Of a stretch of DNA of 64,000 nucleotides, positions 37,751 through 47,400 are shown piece after piece; positions within the stretch are counted from its first letter, which is position 1, and each line of letters begins with the position of its first letter. The DNA is from Gammaproteobacteria bacterium RIFCSPHIGHO2_02_FULL_42_43. GTDB lineage: Bacteria; Pseudomonadota; Gammaproteobacteria; Coxiellales; Coxiellaceae. The position numbers and the translations under genes are program-made. The notes under the pieces were generated by a model. It saw only the letters and a list, made by a program, of their open reading frames with translations, searched no databases and was not told where the DNA came from. The stretch covers positions 11,606 through 75,605 of the forward strand of contig MGXR01000002.1 of NCBI GenBank assembly GCA_001801425.1, written 5' to 3'.

Positions 37751-37894
37751 TTAACTTAAATTTTCAGATTTGAGGTGAGGTTGAATGATAATTTATCGAG
37801 AAAAGCGGAGTTGACACGTTAGTCAATGAGCATTTTCGAGGAAAATTATCATTCAAGATCACCCAAAGATGAAAATTTTTTTGAAAATAGGGGT
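37733..37894 (+). mobile_element. ~162-bp palindromic MITE-like element, copy C
   Basis: Same family as copies A and B. It sits between the two ABC genes. Confidence 0.75.
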
Positions 37895-37898
37895 AGGC

Positions 37899-39980
37899 AT
37901 GCGAGTTAAAACGCCATTTGAATATTGCTTGCAACCATTGCTCAAAGCGCTCAATTGGCAAGGCAATGATCGCATGTTATTCGAAAGCTTGCCGCATTTA
38001 TCCTCCATCGAATCGCTCGATAAATTTCAATGGGTGATGCAAAATCTCAATTTCGACAGTCAATCCATTGCATTGAATATCAAACGCGTTGACGAACGTT
38101 TGTTTCCTTGTTTATTTATTCCAGAAAAAAGTCATTTCCCTATTGTGCTCATTCAAAAGAATCTGGATGGCATATTGATCTATGACAGTGAAACACATGA
38201 AACTAAAACGTTGCCCGCCCTAGATAAACAGGGAACACTCATTTCATTTAAGGCAAGAATAGGGGGTGTTTCAAAAGTCAACGAACAGCATTGGTTTCGC
38301 ACTATTTTATTGAAAGAAAAAAAATTATTTTCATTTATTATTTTTTTAACATTGTTACAAACGATTTTTTTACTGGGTCCGCCAGTGTATATCATCAGCC
38401 TTTACGATAAAGTCATTGTGGCAGATTCTGGCAGCATGTTGTTTGCTTTTTTTATTGGTATTACGATTGCGGTGATTGCACTCAGCGTCACAATGAAAGC
38501 GCGAACACGATTTTTGGGATACGTGGGCACGCACATACAAAAACACGTGGGCAACGCGATCTTTAAACAATTATTGCGATTACCGCCATCCTATACTGAA
38601 AACGCCTCTGTCCCCATGCAAATTGTGCGCCTTAATGATTTTAATGTGGTGCGCACTTTCTTCAGCAGCTCTTTGTTTACAACATTGTTAGAATTTCCGT
38701 TTTTATTAATTTATTTGTTTGTAGTATGGTTGGTGGGTGGTGTGTTGGTGGTCATTCCGTTCATTGCAATTCTCATTTCATTTGTGATTTCTCTTTTTAC
38801 TTGGCGTTTTTTGCAAAAAAATATTCGCGAAAGCAGCATGAGTAAAGCAGAATACAAAGATTTTCTATTGGAATCTTTTTGGGGCATGCGATCACTGCAA
38901 TATGCCGGATTACAAGAAAAATGGATATCACGTTTTCGCGACATTAGCGCCAAATCCAGTTACTACGGAAAAAATTTACTGTTTGAAAGCCAAGTCAATG
39001 ATGTGGTATTTGATTCCATCATTATGTTATCGGGACTCGCAACATTGATTGTCGGCGCTGTGATGGTTATCAACAATCAATTGCAAGTAGGTGCGTTGGT
39101 TGGCGCGATGTTTATCATTTGGCGTGTGCTGACACCCATTCGCTCCATCAATACCATGCTTCCCAAGTTAATGCAGCTGAGATTAAGTTCGAAACAAATT
39201 AATGAACTCATGAAATTACCATCAGAATTACCAACGGAGCGGCAATGGAAAAACACGCCGCAATATATTGTGGGTGCCATTGGATTTTCACAAGTCACTT
39301 TTCGATATCCCAGCGCTGATTCACCCGCACTGAAAAATATTAATTTTGATTTGAAAGCGGGACAATGTTTGTGTGTGATAGGCCCAAGTTCTTCGGGTAA
39401 AAGTACCATGGCCAATTTGATTTTGGCTATCTATTCTCCGCAAGCGGGACAAATTTACATTGATAATCGCAACATCAAACAATATGACGTTAACGTGTTG
39501 CGAAAAAGTATTTCTTACGTGCCACAAAAAACAGAATTGTTTTATGGCACCATTGCGCAAAATATTGCGTTGTCGCAGCCACTCGCATCGCACGAGCAAA
39601 TTGTTGAAGCAGTAAAAGCAGCGGGTTTACTCAAAGAAGTGGAAGCGTTACCAGAAGGATTGAAAACACGCATTCGGTTTTACAGCGATGAAAAATTAGG
39701 GCCTGCATTTTGCCAAAAAATTAATTTAGCGCGCGCCTATTTGCGTGACGCCCCAATTTTAATTTTAGATGAGCCGACAGGCACATTAGATGACGATGGT
39801 ATTCAAGCTTTCGAAACGTTTTTAACACATTTAAAAGGTAAAAAAACGATTGTATTGTTTGGACATAATACGCGTTTTCTACCATTGGCTGATTTTGGCT
39901 TGATCCTGTACGATGGATATATTGTGACAAGTGGTGATCCCAAAACGATTATGGAAAATCTGCCGCAGGGAATTGTATGA
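37899..39980 (+). CDS. HlyB-family T1SS ABC transporter with C39-like N-terminal domain (ABC2)
   Basis: Start MRVKTPFEY (the track start at 37869 is inside the MITE). Walker A GPSSSGKST, Q-loop YVPQ, Walker B ILILDEPT, H-loop FGHNT. The signature is degenerate (LGPAF instead of LSGGQ). Confidence 0.85.
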   Translation: MRVKTPFEYCLQPLLKALNWQGNDRMLFESLPHLSSIESLDKFQWVMQNLNFDSQSIALNIKRVDERLFPCLFIPEKSHFPIVLIQKNLDGILIYDSETHETKTLPALDKQGTLISFKARIGGVSKVNEQHWFRTILLKEKKLFSFIIFLTLLQTIFLLGPPVYIISLYDKVIVADSGSMLFAFFIGITIAVIALSVTMKARTRFLGYVGTHIQKHVGNAIFKQLLRLPPSYTENASVPMQIVRLNDFNVVRTFFSSSLFTTLLEFPFLLIYLFVVWLVGGVLVVIPFIAILISFVISLFTWRFLQKNIRESSMSKAEYKDFLLESFWGMRSLQYAGLQEKWISRFRDISAKSSYYGKNLLFESQVNDVVFDSIIMLSGLATLIVGAVMVINNQLQVGALVGAMFIIWRVLTPIRSINTMLPKLMQLRLSSKQINELMKLPSELPTERQWKNTPQYIVGAIGFSQVTFRYPSADSPALKNINFDLKAGQCLCVIGPSSSGKSTMANLILAIYSPQAGQIYIDNRNIKQYDVNVLRKSISYVPQKTELFYGTIAQNIALSQPLASHEQIVEAVKAAGLLKEVEALPEGLKTRIRFYSDEKLGPAFCQKINLARAYLRDAPILILDEPTGTLDDDGIQAFETFLTHLKGKKTIVLFGHNTRFLPLADFGLILYDGYIVTSGDPKTIMENLPQGIV

Positions 39981-41353
39981 CGACAGAAGAAGAACACCAG
40001 CAATCTAATCGTGAGCAGTTAAAGCAAATTTCCCTAGCTTCGCTGCTTGAAGAGGGTGGTTACGCACGTTTGTTTAAACGCAGTTTGTATTTTATTGCTG
40101 CCATTTTATTTGCCTTATTGCTTTGGGCATCGCTCACTAAAGTCGATGAAGTAGCCATCAGCTACGGCGACATACAACCCGTGCGCGAAGTGCAACCCAT
40201 TCAACATTTGGAAGGCGGAATTATCTCAGCCGTGTATGTAAAAAATGGGGACGAAGTGCGTGCGGGCGATAAGCTTGTGAAATTTGATCCTGAGCAAGTG
40301 AATGCGGAATTACAAAAAGCACAAGGTCGCGAAATCACACTTATTTTAGATATCACGAGGCTCAATGCATTTATCAGTGAAACACCACTACACAGTGTGA
40401 GCTGGCGTGACGCTGTTGCGAAAGCGACATTTAATACACCAGAACATCACGACAAAACAGAACAGCTGCTGCGCGAAAGTTTGAATTTATTAATCAAACA
40501 AAATCAAGATCGTGACAATGAGCGCGCCATTTACGTTGAAAAAATTCGCCAAAAATCAGCGCAATTGCAACAATTTTCAGACAGCGCAAAAGAATTGGAA
40601 AAGAAATTGGCGCTGGATAAACAAGAAGAATCGATGTATGGCTCGCTGGTGGAAGAAGGTTACGTGTCTCGCAAAGAATATTTGGGGGCACAGCGCAACA
40701 CCATCGAAGCTATTGCCATCATCAAACAAACTGATGCCAAAGTAAAAGAAGCGGCCAGCGAATTGCAAGAATCTCAAACAGAATTAGAAAAATTAAACAC
40801 GGGTTTAAATAAAGAAGCGCTGAAAGAATTAAATCAACTCAACGGTCAGTTATTGGAAGTGCATTACAGCATCAAACGTTTATCCGCGTTGAGTAAACGA
40901 TTGGTAGTCACCGCCCCAGAATCAGGCATTGTGAAAGGATTAACGATCACACCCGGCGGCGTCATCGCCCCCGGTGATTCCATACTGGAAATTGTACCAA
41001 CACAAGGCGAAATGTTGGTGCAAAGTAAAATTAGCACACACGACATTGGACACATTCGCGTAGGCGATCACGCCAAAATTAAAGTGATGGCGTATGAATT
41101 CACGCGATACGGTACCGTAAATGGAAAGGTAACGGAAATTTCGGCGTCAACATTTTTCAGCAAAGATGAATTACCGTATTACAAAGCAAAAATCTCCATT
41201 GAAAAAAATTATGTGGGTGAAAATCCCAATCACAATCAATTAAAACCGGGAATGACGGTGGAAGTAGATATTATCACCGGTAAAAAAACAATTATTTCTT
41301 ACTTGCTAACGCCAATCACGCGCGGATTGAAGGATGCGTTTAGGGAAAGATGA
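39977..41353 (+). CDS. HlyD-family type I secretion membrane fusion protein
   Basis: N-terminal TM, long coiled-coil, lipoyl/beta-barrel segments, C-terminal ISYLLTPITRGLKDAFRER. ATGA overlap with ABC2. Confidence 0.85.
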   Translation: MTTEEEHQQSNREQLKQISLASLLEEGGYARLFKRSLYFIAAILFALLLWASLTKVDEVAISYGDIQPVREVQPIQHLEGGIISAVYVKNGDEVRAGDKLVKFDPEQVNAELQKAQGREITLILDITRLNAFISETPLHSVSWRDAVAKATFNTPEHHDKTEQLLRESLNLLIKQNQDRDNERAIYVEKIRQKSAQLQQFSDSAKELEKKLALDKQEESMYGSLVEEGYVSRKEYLGAQRNTIEAIAIIKQTDAKVKEAASELQESQTELEKLNTGLNKEALKELNQLNGQLLEVHYSIKRLSALSKRLVVTAPESGIVKGLTITPGGVIAPGDSILEIVPTQGEMLVQSKISTHDIGHIRVGDHAKIKVMAYEFTRYGTVNGKVTEISASTFFSKDELPYYKAKISIEKNYVGENPNHNQLKPGMTVEVDIITGKKTIISYLLTPITRGLKDAFRER

Positions 41354-41403
41354 TTTTGCAATGCACCCGCTCACTAACGTTCGCGGCTCAGATTTTATTG
41401 ATA

Positions 41404-44400
41404 TTAACTAAAATCTATATAATCGACTTCTTGGAAAGTAATCGTTGTACCATCATCAATGGTGAGTGTACCGCTCGCATCAGCAGAGTTGAATGTCAAG
41501 CGCGTAATGCCACCACCTGGACTTGAACTCGTAGTACCAGTCCCACTGCTCAACGACCAAGTACCACCTTGCGCACCAACACCTTTCATATAAATACCAT
41601 CATTACCCGAACCACCAGCGCCTGTGCCACCATAGAAAGTAGTATCATTATTGTCGCCGTAAACAAAATGAAACACATCAGCACCTGCATCACCATACAC
41701 CGTATCTGTGCCACCACTCGTGGTTGAACGAAATACATCGTTACCACCATTACCGTGTATTGTGTCATCACCCGTGCCACCTAAGATAAAATCTCCATTT
41801 GCACCACCGTTCAATGTGTCATTGCCACCAAGGCCATCAATAATATTCACTTTCGTGCTATCACCATCAATCGTGTTAGCGCCCGATGTGCCTGTGCTTG
41901 TCACACTACTCGTACTGCCCAACACAAAATCACCGGCATTTAAATTTTGTGCGGTGAACCCCGTTAATTTAATCGAGAAATCGGCGGTGTTATCACCATT
42001 CGTATCTAAAGACACGATGGTGTCGTTAGTACTTTGTGCCCACCATATTTGATTGACAACACTATTAGCGCCACCTAATCCCAAAATACTAAACGGTGTG
42101 CTGATGTAAGTGCTCAAATCAATCTTATCACCTTCGGAAACACTGAAACTTCCGCTGCCACTATTAAAATCTGCAATTGAGTCGCGCGCAGATGAATCGC
42201 CGGATGAATAAGATCCATTGGCCCACGTAAAAGTATCGGCACCCGTTCCACCGGTTAACGTATCCGCACCTAATGCTATACCCGAATAAGAAAAACCGTA
42301 TTTATTCGCTATATACTGGTTAACGATATCTAAATTGCTCGCACTCAGCACAGAATCAAACAACATGATTTCATAAATATTTCCGTTGAAATAGTCGCTG
42401 GTAACGGCACCTGAATCATATTCTTGACCAATGGAAAACTTTGTAGCGCTAGTTGTTAATCCATCTGAAAAACTATTTTTCGCTGTACCATTGACATAAC
42501 CAGCAGCAGTTGTACCGTCCGCAGTAGCAATAAAACCAAACACGCCCGCATTTAAATAGTTCACATCCGATGCCACAACTGAGGTATCACCATCCTTATG
42601 AGTGATTTGGCCACTGGCATCAACAAGCCATTCTTCAGAGTTGGCGTAACTGTCGTTATTCCATGCCAACATCGTAGTTTCATCTCCACCGGGGTCTAAT
42701 GTCGGATCACCCACAAAAACAACGGTGTGTGCTGAGCGAGCAAACGTACCCAGCGCATCAGCTATCAAAAACTGTGCGTTATCACTGTTGAATGCGATAG
42801 CGGCACGCCCTATTGAACCATAAGCGAAAGTGGGTTTATTATCCGCGGTCGCTTGTGTTGCATTATTGCCTTGATCAGACAAGTCGGTCCATGTACCAAC
42901 AGCGGCACCACTCGCAACCGATGTATTATCTCCATTGACATTGCCGGCGTCTAACCACAATTTCATTCCGGAAACTGTGGAATTCGTGAACGCAATTCCA
43001 TCGGCATAAATCACGTCATTACCCGCGCCAGCAGAAATCGTATCACCACCGTATGCACCTTTTAATGTGTCCGCACCGGAGTTACCCGTTAACGTATCTG
43101 CACCCGAACTACCATTCATCGTGGTATTCACGCCCGCTACGGCAGATACTTTTCCGGCCGCACTCAATGTCACGGCACCTGTGCCGCCAATCGTTACCGT
43201 TCTTGCCGCATTAAGCGCGCTCGAATCTAAGCTGACAGTGTAAGTACTGTTATTGATACGAACGCTGTCGCTGTCCGATGTATCCACAAATGCATCTGAT
43301 AATGTGATGGTGCTGTTGCCGCCCAATTGCATAACGTCTATACCAGTTTTATCCGCCAATTCTGCAGAAGTGATGGTGGCCGCGTTGGTGAAAATCAATG
43401 TATCTGATCCAAGTCCTGCACTGAGAGTATCAGCTGCTGCAAAATTCGCATCAGATGTTGTGAAAGTATCTGCACCACCGGTGCCGGTAAATGTGTCAGT
43501 GCCACTCGTTAAAGTTAATGCAACGGGCACTGCAAAATCACCCGACACTAAATTTGTTGCAGTGAAATTTTGCAATGTAATCGCAAATTCAGCGGAAAGA
43601 TTACCATCTAAATCTACTTGAACTAATGTGTCAGCACCGCTTTGTGCCCAAATAATCGAATTCAACGTGCCATCGAAACTCGCGCCATTCCCCAAAATCG
43701 TATAAGCAGCACCTGCGCTTACATTCGTAATATCTAATTTATCGCCTTCACTTGAGTTGTAACTACCCGATCCCGTTTTAAAATCAGTGATAATATCCGT
43801 AGCGGAGCTGCCGCCTGATGTGGTTGAAGTCCACGTGAAAACATCCGCACCCGTGCCGCCCGTTACTGTATCGGCACTCGCATAAGAACCTGAAACATTA
43901 TCCGCATAAATTGTATCGGCACCTGCGCCAGCAGAAATCGTATCACCACCGGCACCACCGGTTAATATATCTACGCCAGTGCCACCCGTAATTGTATCGG
44001 CACCACTGCTGCCAGTAATTGTCGTGTTAACACCATCAACAGAAATCACTTTGCCTGCAGCACTTAATGTCACAGCACCTGTGCCACCAATCGTTGCAGT
44101 TCTTGCCACATTTAAATCACTGGTATCTAAACTTAATGTGTAAGTACCGTTATTAATTCTGACCGTATTGCTATCGGATGCATCGACAAATGCATCGCTT
44201 AATGCAATTGTGCTATTGCCACTTAATTCAATAACGTCAATACCGGTTTTATTCGCAAATTGTGCAGCGGTAACGGTTGCGGCATTGGTGAAAATTAATG
44301 TATCCGATCCTGCGCCAGCAGTAATCGTATCTGCTGCTGCAAAATTAGCGCTGGTGGTTTTAATTGTGTCTGCAGCAGAGCCCATGACAACCGCATCTGT

Positions 44401-47400
44401 GCCGCTTGTTAATTGCGTGAAACTATTTGATGACAAAACAAAGTCGCCATAATTTAAATTGCTTGCGGTGAAATTAGATAATTTAATTGACCAATCTGCT
44501 GTGTTATCACCACCAAAGTCCATGCTGACAATGACATCAGCACCGCTTGTCGCCCAAATCACTTGATTCGCAAACCCTGAAAATGAAGCTGCTCCCAACA
44601 TCACGGTTGGTCCAGAAACCAATGTGCTGATATCAATTTTATCGCCTTCATTTGCATCGTAACTACCAGAACTAGTATTAAAATCAGTAATAACACTACG
44701 CGCTGAAGTATCACCGGATGAGTAAGACATGTTACTGAAAACAAAAGTATCTGCACCTGTGCCACCCGTTAATGTATCTGCTGCAAATGTTGTGCCAGAT
44801 AAAGCAATACCATATTTGTAGGACAAATATTGATTCGCGATCGCCATTTCTGATGCGCTAAGATAATGATCAAAGACTAAGACTTCTGCAATACTACCTG
44901 TATATCTATATTCACCATTATAATCCTCACCCAGATAAAGTGGTGTGCTGTCCATAAGAGTTGCATTACGTACGACGCTTCCAACTGGACTTGTTCCGCC
45001 GTCATGAAAAATTGTGTAAGTTGAGCCGGTGCGACCACCACTTAAAATAGCTGCAGTTCCATCGGTAAATAAACTAGAGCTGTTTCCATCATAACTTCCC
45101 GAGCCATCCAAATAAAAGCTATTTGCACTGGAGGCGCTACGCGTTATAGCCCACCCAGAGTTATAGTTTTTATCCATTATATTTTCCCAATCATTGACAT
45201 TCGAATCTTTGAAAACTGTTAGTACAAACATATTGCCGTAATTGGCGGTAAGTCCTGTGACAATACCACTACTACCATTAAAACTAACGGATGCTCGTCC
45301 ATTGATGCCGCTGCTTGAATAGGTAGGGGTGCCGGCACTGATCGTACCATCATTAGCGCCAGTTACAGATAGATCATTCCAAGCGGTAATGCTTGAACCA
45401 TTAGCAGCAGCTGTACCATTAGCAAGAAGATTGCTAGCATCCAACCACAAATCATTTCCTGAAATTGAGGCATTCGTAAATGCAATGCCACCCGCGTAAA
45501 TCGTATCGTTTCCCGCACCACCTGAAATCGTATCACCACCGTATCCACCGATTAATGTGTCGTTACCTGTACCACCGGTTAATGTATCCGCACCTGTGCT
45601 ACCAGTGATATTAGTATTAACACCAGCTGCTGAAGTAACTTTACCTGCAGCACTTAAAGTGACAGCACCTGTGCCGCCAATCGTTACCGTTCTTGCCGCA
45701 TTAAGCGCGCTCGAATCTAAGCTGACAGTGTAAGTGCTGTTATCGATGCGAACGCTGTCGCTGTCCGATGCATCCACAAATGCATCTGATAATGTGATGG
45801 TGCTGTTGCCGCCTAATTGTATAACATCAACACCTGTTTTATTCGCCAATTCTGCAGAAGTGATGGTGGCTGCGTTGGTGAAAATCAATGTATCTAATCC
45901 AAGTCCTGCGCTGAGAGTATCAGCTGCTGCAAAATTCGCATCAGATGTTGTGAAAGTATCGCCATCAGCTTCAGTTCCTGTCAAAGTATCTGTGCCACTG
46001 GTAAAAGTGAGTGATACAGGCACTGCAAAATGCGATGCTTGTAAATTAGTTGCGGTGAAGCCAGACAACAGAATTTCAAATTCAGCAGAACTATTACCAT
46101 CAATATCCACTTGAACTAAAGTATCAGCACCACTTTGCGACCAAATCACAGCACTCGCAGTACCATCAAAACTTGCGCCATTACCTAAGAAAGTATAAGC
46201 CGCATTGCTATTCAATGCGGAAATATCAATACGATCTATTTCACTAGAATCATAACTACCTGAGCTCATTTTGAAATCAGCAATCACATCACGTGCGACG
46301 CTACCACCGGAAGACAATGCAGTCCAAATAAATGCATCCGCGCCCGTGCCGCCCGTTACTGTATCGGCACTCGCATAAGAACCTGAAACATTATCCGCAT
46401 AAATTGTATCGGCACCTGCGCCACCTGAAATCGTATCGCCACCGGCACCACCGGTTAATGTGTCAGCGCCAGTGCCACCCGTCATTGTATCGGCACCACT
46501 GCTGCCAGTAATTGTCGTGTTAACGCCATCAACAGAAATCACTTTGCCTGCAGCACTTAATGTCACCGCACCTGTGCCACCAATCGTTGCAGTTCTTGCC
46601 ACATTTAAATCACTGGTATCTAAACTTAATGTGTAAGTACCATTATTAATTCTGACCGTATTGCTATCCGATGCATCCACAAATGCATCGCTTAATGCAA
46701 TGGTGCTGTTGCCACTTAATTGAATAACATCGATACCGGTTTTATTCGCAAATTGAGCAGCGGTAACCGTTGCGGCATTCGTAAAGAGTAATGTGTCAGA
46801 TCCTGCGCCAGCAGTAATCGTATCTGCTGCTGCAAAATTAGCGCTGGTGGTTTTAATTGTGTCTGCTCCCGAACCAGCAGTAATAGTATCCGTACCGCTT
46901 GTCAGTACCACATAACTACCTGATGCCAAAACAAAGTCGCTATAATTTAAATTGCTTGCGGTGAAATTAGATAATTTAATTGACCAATCGGCAGTATTAT
47001 CACCACCATAATCTAAGCTAATAATCGTGTCTGATCCGCTTTGTGCCCAATACAATTGATTGACTGTGCTGGATGTGCCACCGATGCCATTGACGACATA
47101 AGGTATGCTGATGAGCGTGCTGATATCAATTTTATCGCCTTCGCTTGAATTGTAACTACCCGATGATGTATTAAAATCAGTGATTACATCACGCGCAGAT
47201 GAATCACCAGAGGAATAAGATGCGTTAGACCACGTGAATGTGTCAGCACCCGTGCCGCCGGTTAATGTATCTACACCCAATGCAGCGCCTGCATCGGTTA
47301 CACCATATTTCAAAGCAATATATTGGTTTACAGCCGCCAATTCAGCAACACTCAACACCTTAGAAAAGACCATTACTTCATACATGTTAGCATTCAGAAA

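Noticed and set aside
37899-38300. Active C39 bacteriocin-processing peptidase at the N-terminus of ABC2.
   Set aside because: Aligned by eye to HlyB (DYGLYALEIL) versus here (EYCLQPLLKA), the catalytic-Cys position is Tyr as in the inactive C39-like domain of RTX exporters. The neighbouring Cys is offset by one position. The substrate has RTX features, not a double-glycine leader.
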